DNA of 64,000 nt from an uncultured Nitrospinota bacterium (GCA_963707985.1 CAVPRW010000015.1:64001-128000), one strand, 5' to 3'. Positions 41,325-52,564 are shown, counted from the first letter of the stretch. Notes: generated by a model not told the origin, from the letters alone. Made by a program: numbers and translations.

Positions 41325-42383
41325 ATGAGCCATCGCTGGATAAGCGTGTCGGGGGTCGTGTGTCTCCTGGCGTTCGCCCTGGTGTGGGAGCTGCACGCGC
41401 ACCAGGATGGGGAGCACTCATCTGCAACGGGGAGCATGTCACATGACCATCCCAAAGCTCCAATCAAGATCACTGCAGAGGAGCTGCACCGACTGGGCGG
41501 GGTGCCGCCCGGATGGAAGTTCCGTTTCCCCGATGGCGATCCCGCCACGGGGCGGGCAGTCTTCGCCAAGCTTGAATGCTACCAATGTCACACGATTCGA
41601 GGGGAGGCATTCCCACAGACTCCCACCTCATCAGGGAGCATCGGACCCGAGTTGACGGGGATGGGAGGCCATCACCCTGTCGAGTACTTCGCCGAATCGC
41701 TTCTCAACCCCAATGCGATTATCGTCACCGGGCCTGGCTATACGGATGCCGATGGCATGTCGGTCATGCCCGACTATCGAGACACTCTGACAGTGGCCGA
41801 GTTGATCGACCTGGTGGCCTATCTGCAAAGTCTGAAGGGCGATGCTACCCATGATGCAGAGGCACGTCACGATGGCCATGACGACCATGGCGTATTGCTG
41901 GATCAGGTCGTCGGTGATTACCGCATCCGTGTCGTGTATCACGCGGGTAAGGCCGACCACCATGGTCATGAGGGCGCGGCTCATCGCGGGCATGGAGCCG
42001 GAACGCCCTCGGCCACAGCCCCAAATCATCTTAGGGCGTTCATTACCGACGGGACGACCGGAGAACCCGTTCCCTACTTGCCTGTGTCTGCCTCGATTGC
42101 CGTTATGAAACAGTCACCACGCACGGTACAGCTCATGCCCATGATGGACAGTCAAGGGTTTCACTACGAGGCCGACGTCACACTGCCGCCCCAAGCCGCG
42201 AAAGTGACACTGTCGATCGGACCCACCACGATGCGCGTCATGCCCTCGGCAGCGGAACGCTTTATCAAACCACAACAGGTGAGCCTCGACTGGGCACCCC
42301 AACCGCCTGCCAGCTCTGGCGCAAAGGATCACATGCATCAACACCCGAGCCACGGCGACGAAAGCGATGCGAAGGGACACTAG
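41325..42383 (+). CDS. Periplasmic cytochrome c fused to a His-rich linker and a P19/FetP-like metal-binding domain
   Basis: Signal peptide; CYQCH...SVMP; NHLRAFI...PYLPV...LMPMMDSQGFHY. Confidence 0.72.
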   Translation: MSHRWISVSGVVCLLAFALVWELHAHQDGEHSSATGSMSHDHPKAPIKITAEELHRLGGVPPGWKFRFPDGDPATGRAVFAKLECYQCHTIRGEAFPQTPTSSGSIGPELTGMGGHHPVEYFAESLLNPNAIIVTGPGYTDADGMSVMPDYRDTLTVAELIDLVAYLQSLKGDATHDAEARHDGHDDHGVLLDQVVGDYRIRVVYHAGKADHHGHEGAAHRGHGAGTPSATAPNHLRAFITDGTTGEPVPYLPVSASIAVMKQSPRTVQLMPMMDSQGFHYEADVTLPPQAAKVTLSIGPTTMRVMPSAAERFIKPQQVSLDWAPQPPASSGAKDHMHQHPSHGDESDAKGH

Positions 42384-42638
42384 ATGACACGACGGTTCTG
42401 TCCACTAGTCGTGGCGGCGGTTGTTGGTCTTTGCAGCCTTGGCCTCACCGGGTCTGCCTGGGCCCATCATCCGATGCCGCGTCCAGATACCAGTAGTGGC
42501 TTTGCCTGGTCCATGCTCTGGTTTCTGGGGGCCGGCGTGTTTGTGGTTGCTTTTGTGGCAACCTTGGCCGTGTTCTCCATCCTTGAGCGCCGTCAACGGG
42601 CAGGCTCCAATACGCGACAATCGGCAAGGAGGTCATGA
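42384..42638 (+). CDS. Small membrane protein (signal, AHH, one TM helix)
   Basis: Translationally coupled on both sides; AWA-HHPM predicted mature N-terminus. Confidence 0.6.
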   Translation: MTRRFCPLVVAAVVGLCSLGLTGSAWAHHPMPRPDTSSGFAWSMLWFLGAGVFVVAFVATLAVFSILERRQRAGSNTRQSARRS

Positions 42639-43012
42639 TGAGGCGGGCTCTCTGGTGTGGGTTAATCCTATTCATCATGCTTTTCACGATGCCCAGCAAC
42701 AGCTGGGGACATGCGTATCTGGTCAAATCCTCGCCGGCTCGTCGCGCCGTGCTGTCAACACCTCCGACGCGCGTGGTGTTATGGTTCAATGAACGCCTCG
42801 AGGCACAGTTCTCCCAGATTTCCATCTGGAACGCCGAGGGACAGCAGATAGATGGGGGCGATGTGCAGGTCGGACCCGACGACAGCAAGAAACTCTCGGT
42901 AGGCATCCCCACGCTGCCCGCCGGAAGCTACACCGTGAAGTATCGTGTCCTCTCCGTTGATGGCCATGTCGTGGAGGCGGAATTTCCATTTACGATCCGG
43001 GGTCGCCAATGA
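42635..43012 (+). CDS. copC: Copper resistance protein CopC
   Basis: Mature N-terminus HAYLVKSSPA; WFNE; YRVLSVDGHV. Confidence 0.9.
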   Translation: MMRRALWCGLILFIMLFTMPSNSWGHAYLVKSSPARRAVLSTPPTRVVLWFNERLEAQFSQISIWNAEGQQIDGGDVQVGPDDSKKLSVGIPTLPAGSYTVKYRVLSVDGHVVEAEFPFTIRGRQ

Positions 43013-45070
43013 TCGGGGTCAACATCGCCATCCGAAGCGCCCAGCTCAGCGCCTCGCTGCTGTTGGCCGGCGGTTTCATCTTTCTATTGGTGGTGGCGCG
43101 GCCGGCATTTCAGGTCGCGAAGGGCGAGGGGCCATCGACATTCGGCCGTTTTGATGCCCGCGTGCTGCGTATCGCGTGGTATAGCCTCCTGGTGCTGTTC
43201 CTCAGCGGACTGCTTGGCCTGTGGGTACAACTAGCGACAGTAACGGGCCTGCCATGGTGGCAAGCGCTGACCCCTGATGGGTTGTGGAGCCTGCTCAGCG
43301 GCACACAGTATGGCCGGGTCTGGCTCGTTCGCCTAGCGCTGATGACATTGCTGGGCGGTATCCTGTGGTTACACGGCCAGGAACGGGATGGCAAGGACTG
43401 GTGGGCCTTGCGACTCGAAGTCGTAGGGCTGGCGGTCTGCATTCTCCTGGCGCAGGCGTGGATGGGACACGCCGCCGCAGGTGAGGGGCTCACACTCGTC
43501 TACCAGATGCTGGTCGATAGTCTCCATCTGTTGGCCACTGGGGTGTGGCTAGGCAGCCTGCCACTGCTGGTGCTATTACTCTGGTGGATGGAGCGCGGCA
43601 ATGATCTCGGGGCAGATGATGTCGCTGCCGAGGCGATACGCCGTTTCTCTGCTATCGCCCTGGTCAGCATGATGCTCCTCATTCTCAGCGGTCTGGTGAA
43701 TGCCTGGGAATCGGTAGGCACGATTCCAGCGCTGGTCGGCACCACGTATGGACGCTTGCTCATGCTCAAAGTGAGTTTGCTGTTACCTCTCCTGGGTTTG
43801 GCTGCACTCAATCTCCTGCGCCACAAGCCACGGCTGCTGCAAGGCATGGCAACGCCTGAGTGTGCGGATACGCAGCTCCTGCTCCGCCGTCTGCGCCGTA
43901 ATGTCTTGGGAGAGCTCATGCTCGGAGGTTGCATCCTCCTGATTGTGGGGGCTTTGAGTATCATGCCGCCCGCTGTGCATGAACAGCCGGACTGGCCATT
44001 TGCCTCTCGCCTGAGTTGGGAGGCCACCAAAGGGTGGCCAGGGGTGCGGACAAGTGTGGCGATCGGTATTCAGGTGTCGTTGTTTGGGTTCTTTGTGGCC
44101 CTGATCGCCCTGATCACGCGGATTCGCCGCTGGCCATGGCTCATCGCTGCCGGTATGGTCACCGTCGTTGTGGGGTTCTGGCTGTGGCTTCCCAAGCTCA
44201 CCATCGACGCGTATCCGACCACGTACGTGCGCCCCATTGTGTCTTACAACGCGCTGTCGATCGCCCATGGCCTGCAGCTCTACAGCGACCATTGTGCGGT
44301 CTGCCATGGGACGGAAGGGTACGGCGATGGGCCTGGGGCCGCTAGACTTAGACCCCCTCCAGCCGACCTCACGGCCAAACATACCGCCGATCATACCGCC
44401 GGGGATATCTTCTGGTGGTTGACGCACGGGATGAAGGGGAGGGCGATGCCTGGCTTCCAGAATCTCCTCAGCGAGGAGGAACGCTGGGACCTCATCAATG
44501 TGGTGAGAATCCTGTCGGCGTCCGAGCCAGCGCGTGCTCTTGGACCTCGCGTGGCGGCTGATCTGCGGGCGGTGGCACCTGACTTCACCTACGCGACAGC
44601 TTTCGGTGAAGCGCATACCCTGAAGGATTTTCGGGGCCGTGATCAGGTTTTGCTGGTCTTCTTTAGCCTACCGCAATCACGCCAACGGCTCATGCAACTC
44701 CAGGAGCTCTACGTCCAACTACGGCCACTGGGCGTGGAAATTTTGGCGATTCCCTGGCAGCAGGACAACGCCCTCGACGAGGCCATGCGCCATCTACCGC
44801 TCACCTTTCCGCTCATTCACGATGGCGGCTCCGAGGTGGCGAGCGGCCTACGCCATGTTCCGCCGCAGCCTGAGCCCGGCATTCTCCGTCCCTGATCCAC
44901 CGATGCCAGCACACCTGGAATTTCTCGTCGATCGCCAGGGATACCTGCGGGGACGGTGGAACCCGGATGAGGGGGTTGGCTGGAGCGAGCCAGCCCAACT
45001 GCTGACCGCCATCGAGGTGCTACGACAGGAAAAGCTCGATGCCCCGCTCCCAGATCTGCATGTCCATTGA
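43009..45070 (+). CDS. copD: CopD - cytochrome c - thioredoxin-fold fusion (apparent frameshift near 44845)
   Basis: GHAAA, HLLATGVWLGSL, RRFS and TTYGRLLMLK; CAVCH...AMPGF; APDF...LKDFRG...FLVDRQGYLR. Confidence 0.82.
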
Positions 45071-45090
45071 TCGCCGCCAGAGGATTCACC

Positions 45091-45471
45091 ATGCGCCTCT
45101 ACAAAGTGATACTCCTCGTGAATCTGGCAGTGGGTATCGGGTTTTTGCTGGGATCACTCTGGTGGGCACAAAAGGTGGAGAAGCTCCAGCGCGAGGTCGC
45201 AACCAAAGGGCAAGGGGAAACCACACGCCCGTCCATCGCAGGATGTTGGCCGGCCCAGGGCGTGGTGCGAGTGGTCGCTCCTGAGATGAACCGGATTTTT
45301 ATCGAGCACGGGGACATCCCCGGTCTTATGGAGGCCATGACCATGGCCTTCGAGCCATCGGATCCCAAAATTCTCAGTGGACTTGCCGCAGGCGACCAAG
45401 TGCACTTCACACTGGAGAAACTAGGAGACCGTCTCACCTTGATCGCCATCCAGAAAGGCTGGGGCCCTTGA
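45091..45471 (+). CDS. cusF: CusF-like periplasmic Cu(I)-binding protein
   Basis: IEHGDIPGLMEAMTMAF and GDQVHFTL motifs. Confidence 0.8.
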   Translation: MRLYKVILLVNLAVGIGFLLGSLWWAQKVEKLQREVATKGQGETTRPSIAGCWPAQGVVRVVAPEMNRIFIEHGDIPGLMEAMTMAFEPSDPKILSGLAAGDQVHFTLEKLGDRLTLIAIQKGWGP

Positions 45472-46119
45472 CCGGAGTAGCGGCTGCGCCGCCCAACCCG
45501 CGACGCAGCCGGGCGGGTCACCGCACCGCCATGCGTATCGGGATGCAAACAACTTCTTGGCAACCCGTTTCGCGGCGATCATGTCTGCATCTGCGCGCGT
45601 GACCGTTCCTGGCGTAGGCACCGGTCGTAATGGTAGGTGGGCTGTCCACACGACACGGCCCGTTGCCACATCGATGAGGCGAGCGTCTACAGCGATAAGC
45701 ATACGCCAGGGGTGGAGGGCCTCATCTAACGCAGGTTGCCACTGCACGATCTCGAGGTAGAGCACGCTGCCCTCAAGCTGGCCACGCATAGCCAAGTCAG
45801 CCGCCTCCTTCGGGCTGTTCGGTATCTGGTCGCCTAGCGCCGCGTCGACTTATTCTCGGGGGAGAACTGTCATCCCCCGCTGCTTGAGCTGAGTACGCAC
45901 CTCTACCGCCAGGACATCACCTACCGTGACGGGTGGAGATCGAAAGATGTACTTCTCCAACAAGGAGGTCCCACCAACGAAGAGGGGATCACCCGTACGG
46001 TTGTTCGGCGGCAGCACCGCGATCATCCGAACCGTCGGGGGCAGGGGTGGGGAGACGAAGGACGATACACAGCCCAGCGTGAATATTGGCAGCAGCCACA
46101 GCAGATGGTAACCTCTCAT
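45421..46119 (-). pseudogene. Lipoprotein interrupted by an in-frame TAA (45850-45852)
   Basis: Lipobox TLGC; IAVLPPNN; the frame continues after TAA to ARLIDVATGRVVW. Confidence 0.6.
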
Positions 46120-46149
46120 CGCAAACCCTCCACAGAATCCTGCTCGGCA

Positions 46150-46780
46150 GGGCCGAGCGGCAGGTCGAAGCGGTAAGCGCAGTAAAATCCGGCAAATGCC
46201 GTCGCGGCGCCGAGCCCAGCTGAAGTGAGTGAGAAGGTCAGCATCCGATGTGGGCCTCTGCGGTGGGATTGGTGGCCAGAAAGAGCATACTTGCCGCTGC
46301 AGCCACAACATAGGCAATACCAATCCGTACCTCCTCGGTCTCGCGCTGGCGCTCGAACGTGGCCAAGACCAGGAGCGCGCTGAGCGTGAAACTGATGGAA
46401 CCGATCGTCGCCAGCCAGCGCTCGCTGAGGACGGTGTGCGCGTATAGGCTGGTGACGATCTGATGCACGAGCGCGGCGAAGGCGATCCCTGAGGTGGCCC
46501 GGTGTCGGGTCGATGCCGGCGCGGATTTCGATGGTGCCCACCGCTTCCATGCCAAAGCGCTCGGCGAAATAGAGCATATCCGGGTGGTAGCTCACGAGCT
46601 TCAGGCCGCGTAACGGCGTAGCCTCACGCTGCCAACGAGCGATAGCAGTGTCGAGGTTGGCGAGGTAGGCCGCGAGGTTCTTCTGGAACGTCGCGGCATA
46701 ATCGGGGTAGTTGCGCGACAGGCCGTCGGCGATCGCCCGCGCCATGTCCTTGCCACGTGCAGGGTCGAGGTGAGCACTCC
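46150..46780 (-). pseudogene. Collapsed relic of a second metal ABC transporter (binding-protein and permease fragments)
   Basis: HLDP...SYHPDMLYFAERFG...GIDPTPGH joined to permease pieces (IGIAYVVAAAASML; GFYCAYRFDLPLGPA). Confidence 0.65.
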
Positions 46781-47032
46781 GGCGAGCATCGCGACCTTTT
46801 GCTCAGCTGCATAGCAATAAACCGCCTAAGGGGGAGGCTACCGGAGGTCAAGCATGGAAACCCTGTGCGAGGCCCAGGGCGAAGCCGCGGCGCATGCCAG
46901 GAAAAGCACCGCTATTGTCGCCAAATGAGAGGGGCACAGCTGGGCGCTTGACATGCCGAGTGCAGACGTTAGACTGAGACCATGGGGTTGACCGGCCACA
47001 TTGTCCAGAGCGTTCCACAGAGGAAAATATCT

Positions 47033-48025
47033 ATGGGAAAAACGGTTGCGGTACTTGGGGCGGGGAATGCTGGGACCACTTTCGCATTGCTGGCGACGCA
47101 CAACGCCAATGATGTCCGGCTGTGGACGGTTGAAGAGGACTTGGCCAAGCAGATGCAGCGGCTGCGTGAGAATCCCAAATACCTCCCAGGGATCAAGCTC
47201 CCTGAGTCAATAGTCATCGAGACCGACTTACAGCGCGCGGTGGCGGGGGCCGAGATCGTTATGCTCACCGTCCCCTCCCATGTCGTGCGGCGTCTTGTCA
47301 GAGCAGTCGCGCCGTTCCTGACACCCGCACACATCATTCTGGATGTGGCCAAAGGCATCGAAGACAAGACGTTCTATCTCATGTCGGAAGTGATACATAG
47401 TGAGCTTCCAGAAGCCGTGCGTCAAAACGTGGTCGCGCTGTCAGGGCCATCGATCGCCCGCGAGATGAGTCGAGGTGTCCCCACGGCGGTGGCCGTCGCG
47501 GGATGCACACGCCGGCATGCCGAAACCGTACGACAGGCGTTTGAGACCCCGACCTTCAAGGTGGAGGTCCTCGATGATATGGCGGGGGTAGAGCTTGGCG
47601 GGGCGCTGAAAAATATCTACGCCCTGGCAGCTGGAATGTGTGATGGTTTGGAGTATGGCAATAACACCAAAGCGGCGCTTATCCCCCGAGCCTTAGCCGA
47701 AATGGTGCAATTCGGCGTGGCTCTGGGTGCAAAGCCTGAGACATTCTATGGACTGGCTGGCGTGGGAGATCTGGTTGTCACTTGCCTTGGACCGCAAAGC
47801 CGCAACCGCACCTTCGGCGAAAAATTGGCGCGGGGGCAAACACGGGAGCAGATCTTGAAAGAAAGCGTCGAGGTCGCCGAAGGCGTCCAGGTCACGAAAA
47901 TCGCCCATGCGTTTGCCCGTCTGCTCCGGCTCAACCTCCCTTTGCTTGAAGCCATCTACGCCATACTCTACAATGACGTGCCTCCACGTCGGGCGCTGCA
48001 TACCTTTCTGAGCGGGTATGCTTAG
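47033..48025 (+). CDS. gpsA: NAD(P)H-dependent glycerol-3-phosphate dehydrogenase
   Basis: ENPKYLPG, KGIE, LSGPS, GVELGGALKN and GLAGVGDLVVTC...SRNR motifs. Confidence 0.93.
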   Translation: MGKTVAVLGAGNAGTTFALLATHNANDVRLWTVEEDLAKQMQRLRENPKYLPGIKLPESIVIETDLQRAVAGAEIVMLTVPSHVVRRLVRAVAPFLTPAHIILDVAKGIEDKTFYLMSEVIHSELPEAVRQNVVALSGPSIAREMSRGVPTAVAVAGCTRRHAETVRQAFETPTFKVEVLDDMAGVELGGALKNIYALAAGMCDGLEYGNNTKAALIPRALAEMVQFGVALGAKPETFYGLAGVGDLVVTCLGPQSRNRTFGEKLARGQTREQILKESVEVAEGVQVTKIAHAFARLLRLNLPLLEAIYAILYNDVPPRRALHTFLSGYA

Positions 48026-48206
48026 GGCATTTTGGCAAGACTCTAGAGGATTGCCATGTGCATTTATGATCTAGCACGCTGGCGACCAATGACGAAGCTG
48101 GCTTGTCGCGCTCACGGAGCTCGGTTTGAGGGGTCTTGTACCAGGTATGCTGCTGATTGCCATGCTGCAAAGCGGCCCAGAGACCATGTGACGGGCACCG
48201 ACTGGA

Positions 48207-49278
48207 CTAGGATGTCTGACTCTGCGGGGTGTCAATGCCAAGCTCGCGTGCTAAGGCCAGGATTGGCTGCCACGTCTCCTCATCCAGCGCAATCCCCTCG
48301 CGTTCACGCTGTTGCTGCGCTATGGCCTCAGGCTCGCCCGGATACATGATGGCTGTCACCCCCGGCGCGGTGGGTGCGCTTCTTGACATAGGCTAACAGG
48401 TCATCGATTTCGGCGTGAAACTCGCTAGGCTCGACAAAGGCGCTGATATCGATGACGACGATGCAGGTGCTGTTGCTGAAGCGCTGTGCTCCTTGCCCTG
48501 CAAACCCGCCACGCGCATGAGGATGCCGCTGAGAATCTCGACCACCATGGCCAGCCCAAAACCCTTGTGGCCTGCCAGTCCCCCCAAGGGCAGAATCGCT
48601 CCCCGTGGTTCTTGATACAGGACATTGGGATCAGTGGTCGGGCGGCCCTCATGGTCGATCAGCCAACCCTCCGGCGTCCTCTCGCCACGCTGGCGTTGTC
48701 ACCTCGCACCTTGCCCTCGGCTACGACGCTGGTGGCCATGTCCAGGACAAACGGCACAGACGCCACCGGTGGGGAAGGCGATGGACATCGGGTTGGTGCC
48801 CAACCGTCCAGCCCTTCCACCGAAGGGAGCCACGAGGGGAGACGACACCGCCGGCATTCACCGTCATGATCCCTACCAGTTCTTGCTCAGCGGCCATGCG
48901 GGTGTAGTCGGCCAATCGCCCGACATGATAGAGATTGTAGGCGCCGACTGAGCTAATCTTGGTTTCCTTGGCCTTGCGAATGGCCAGCTCCATAGCGTGC
49001 CGGGCCACCACTTGGCCAAGCCCCCGATGGCCATCGATGAGGGCGAGCGCCGGCGATTCTTGAATGATCTCGAATCGGGGCGCCCGGTTGGGTGAGGGCC
49101 GATCGAATCGCCTGGACATACTGCGGGATGCGCATCACGCCCTGCGAGTCATGACCGGCAAGATCGGCGCGTACCAGTAATTCAGCCACCCAGAGCCGCC
49201 TCCGTCAGACGGCACCTGCAGGGCCTCGAACAGGCGCCTGGTCAACAACCGTAGTTCCTCCGCCGGTATGCACGGCAT
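48207..49278 (-). pseudogene. Ldh_2 (type 2 malate/L-lactate dehydrogenase) family gene with multiple frameshifts
   Basis: ADLAGHDSQGV, IDGHRGLGQV, HVGRLADY, GGLAGHKGFGL and YPGEPE spread over several frames. Confidence 0.78.
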
Positions 49279-49609
49279 AATTCCTCCCGTTCGGCAGGTC
49301 ATGAGCAACGTAGATCAGCCACGCCACAGCATGATGCACCATCAGATCGGTCGGCGAATGATCCACAGTCGGCTCCTCCCGAGTAATTCGGGCGAGAACT
49401 GTACGCCGGTGGTTGGTGGGTGTCAAGACACGACTTTTTCACCGATGTTCCGCAAACGCTATGGTACAATGACGGCAATTTCGACAATGAGTGGCGGACT
49501 ACCTCAGGCCCGTGTCGGCCGGAGCTTGCTCGGCCAGGGGAGTTATAATGGGCCGGAATGACGTTGACCTGCGGTACGTCAGCGGGAGAAAAGGAGAAGA
49601 TCGTGGCTA

Positions 49610-50304
49610 GTGAGCAATTCACCAGTGGAAGAAAATCGACCCGAGGACGAGTTCAGCTTTATGGATCAATCGCAGCCGCCCGACCAATTGGCGATCTTCC
49701 CACTGCCCAATGTCCTGCTGTTTCCGAACATGGTCTTGCCGCTGCACATCTTCGAGGAACGGTACAAACGCATGGTGAGCGATTGTCTGCAAGGCAATCG
49801 ACACCTGGGGTTGTTCTTGCTGCAGCCGGGCTGGGACGAGGAGAGGCGCCGCTCCCGACACCGTATGATGTGGGTGGCATGGGGCGGATCACGCGCGCAG
49901 CGCGCTATCCGAATGGAAGTATGGACATCTTGCTCTCCGGACTGGCACGAGTTCACGTGCTACGTTATGTCCAGCAAAAGCCCTATCTGATCGCCGAAGT
50001 CGAGATGTGGCCCGATGAGCCGGATGATTCCGAGGGAGTTCAGGCGTTGACACGTCGCATGGTGGGGTTATTCGAGCGTTTCGTCATCACCAACGCGGGC
50101 GAAGGACACGAGTTACTCAAGAATCTGAAACTGCTGGCCAGTCCCATCGATCTCTTGCACCTAGTCGTGACGAATATGCCTCTCGACGTCCATCAAAAGC
50201 AGGAAATCTTAAATTTACGCCCTATCGATGAGCGCGTGACCATGATGATCACCTTCCTGAATCGCGCACTGTCATCCCCAACACAGCAATCTGAGATCGA
50301 ATAA
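49610..50304 (+). CDS. Lon peptidase N-terminal substrate-binding domain protein (apparent frameshift near 49845)
   Basis: IFPLPNVLLFPNMVLPLHIFEERY, then a frame switch to YPNGSMDILLSG...KQEILN. Confidence 0.8.
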
Positions 50305-50491
50305 CCCGCGGCAACGTCGTGTATGAGACCCGCTGTTTAAGGATGTCCACCCTGTCGTAGGCTCACTCCTGGGAAGGGCCTGGCTGCGCTCACCACCATG
50401 TCACGGCGACAAGTGACATGAGCTGGAGCTTAGAGCGCAGCGCTATGGCCTGCTCCATTGTCGCTGCGGAACATGCATGCGACGAGATCGT

Positions 50492-52420
50492 TCAATCCTC
50501 TTTCACACCCAGACAACCATCGGGAACCAGATACGTGTATGCTTGCAAGCTGCGACGATAGCCTGCCAGCATTTGCTGTGCCACCCGCTTGGGGATGCTC
50601 CCGTTGCGTGCCTGGCTCTGCACCTGGGCTGTGAAGCGACGCAACAGGTCCTTCACATCGTAGCGTACGTATTGCAGCACATCTTCGATGGTATCGCCGG
50701 GGATGACCTGCTCGATCTGCGGTTTCCCCTCCTCGTCAACTGCGATCAAGGCCTCGTGAACCGTCCCGAACAGGTTATGGAAATCGCCGATGATATCCTG
50801 ATAGGCCCCCAGGAACAACACAGCCAGGTAGTATGGTGCATTGTCCAGCGTATGGAATTCCAGCATGTCTTTGACGTCTTTGAGATCTACGAAGCGATCG
50901 ATCTTGCCGTCGGAGTCGCAGGTGATATCTCCGAGGGTGGCGATCTCCGTCGGCATTTCATCCAGGCGTTGGATCGGAATGATAGGGAAGAGCTGCTTGA
51001 TCGCCCAGAAATCCGGCACCGATTGAAACACCGAAAAATTGCAGATGTATTTGGAGGCAAGGGCCTTCTGCAGCAGTTGGAAATCATCCGAGACATCTTC
51101 GGCCCGCCGCGCATAGCGCGCCGCCTTACGACACACGTCCCAGAAGAGGGCTTCGCCGCGCGCCCAATCTTCGAGGCTCAGATACCCCAGGTTGAACAGC
51201 GAGAATAGCTCCTCTTGCAGCTCGATGGCGTCGTGATACGACTCACGATAGCTTTTCGGCGACAATTGCTCGAGCAGCTCTGTCAGGCTGTTAATGATCT
51301 GCGAGGGCTCACCGTCGCCCGTCCCGTCCTTAAACGGTTGTGGTGGATACACCGCGCGTTGCACGTTGATGACCAGGAGAGAGTGGTGGGCCACCACCGC
51401 CCGTCCGCTTTCCGAGACGAGAGTCGGCTGACGGGTGCCCTCTTGCTCGCAAATCTCCTTGATCGTATACACGACGTTATTGGCATATTCCTGCATGGTA
51501 TAGTTGATACTTGAATCGGATGGGGTCTGGCTGCCATCGTAGTCGATCCCTAACCCACCTCCGACATTGAGGTATTCGAGCTCGACCCCTGACTTGTAGA
51601 GTTTGGCATACACCCGTGCCGCCTCGCGCACGGCGTTCTTAATGCGGCGAATATCGGTGACCTGTGATCCCAGATGGAAGTGCAGCATCTTCAGGCTGTC
51701 GCGCAGGTCGTGTTGGGTGAGCATTTCGAGTGCCTGCAGCACCTCGCCGATCTGCAACCCAAACTTCGACAGCTCACCACCTCCCTCCTCCCATTTGCCG
51801 CTGCCGCGGGAGAAGAGCTTCACCCGAATGCCCAGGAGAGGTTTGATGCGCATTTGCTTGACGACCCGAATGATCCCCGCCAGTTCTCCCAGATTTTCGA
51901 GGACGAGGATGACGACTTTCCCCAGCATGCGTCCGTAGAGCGCCAACTGGATAAAGTTCTCGTCCTTGAGGCCGTTGCAGATCAACAGCGCGTGCGGATT
52001 ATCATGTAAGGCTAAGGCGGTGGCCAGTTCCGGTTTACTCCCCACCTCCAGACCGTAATCATAGGGACGACCGGCGCGCATGATTTGGGCCACAACCTCC
52101 CGTCGTTGATTGACCTTGATCGGGAAGACACCGCGGTATTGGCCACGGTAGCCCCCCTCTGCGATGGCACGCGCGAAAGCCTCATGCAACTGGTTGATCT
52201 GCGAGGCGATGATCTGAGGAAACCGCAACAGGAGGGGAGGGTACAAACCGCGCTCCCCTAGCGTGTCGACGATAGCCTTGATATCGATACCAGGGGCCTG
52301 ACTGGGTTGCGTGTGCACCATCAGATGGCCCCTGCGGGACACGCTGAAGTAGCCGGCGCCCCAATTATCTAGGCCGTAGATCTCCTCAATGTCGCGGCGG
52401 CTGATGCTACTGATGCTCAT
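50492..52420 (-). CDS. speA: Biosynthetic arginine decarboxylase
   Basis: YGLDNWGAGYF, FPIKVNQ, HFHLGSQ, VGGGLGIDYDG, SESGR, DITCDSDG and GAYQD motifs. Confidence 0.94.
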   Translation of the reverse strand: MSISSISRRDIEEIYGLDNWGAGYFSVSRRGHLMVHTQPSQAPGIDIKAIVDTLGERGLYPPLLLRFPQIIASQINQLHEAFARAIAEGGYRGQYRGVFPIKVNQRREVVAQIMRAGRPYDYGLEVGSKPELATALALHDNPHALLICNGLKDENFIQLALYGRMLGKVVILVLENLGELAGIIRVVKQMRIKPLLGIRVKLFSRGSGKWEEGGGELSKFGLQIGEVLQALEMLTQHDLRDSLKMLHFHLGSQVTDIRRIKNAVREAARVYAKLYKSGVELEYLNVGGGLGIDYDGSQTPSDSSINYTMQEYANNVVYTIKEICEQEGTRQPTLVSESGRAVVAHHSLLVINVQRAVYPPQPFKDGTGDGEPSQIINSLTELLEQLSPKSYRESYHDAIELQEELFSLFNLGYLSLEDWARGEALFWDVCRKAARYARRAEDVSDDFQLLQKALASKYICNFSVFQSVPDFWAIKQLFPIIPIQRLDEMPTEIATLGDITCDSDGKIDRFVDLKDVKDMLEFHTLDNAPYYLAVLFLGAYQDIIGDFHNLFGTVHEALIAVDEEGKPQIEQVIPGDTIEDVLQYVRYDVKDLLRRFTAQVQSQARNGSIPKRVAQQMLAGYRRSLQAYTYLVPDGCLGVKED

Positions 52421-52536
52421 GAACGATCCCCTGACCAATGGAGCATTGTCTTGACCCGATGGCGGCAACCCGCTACATTAGGGCGCGCTGTCAATAACTG
52501 CACGACATCTCCGGATTCTGGCAAAAATTCCTCACT

Positions 52537-52564
52537 ATTTTAATGATTGTTCAGGACTTGGCAA
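52537..52564 (-). promoter_or_regulatory. Sigma70-type promoter for speA
   Basis: TTGCCA-N16-TAAAAT in an AT-rich upstream region. Confidence 0.45.

Noticed and set aside
45850..45852. In-frame stop in the lipoprotein as recoding
   Set aside because: It is TAA, it is not at a catalytic position, and it sits beside other decayed genes.
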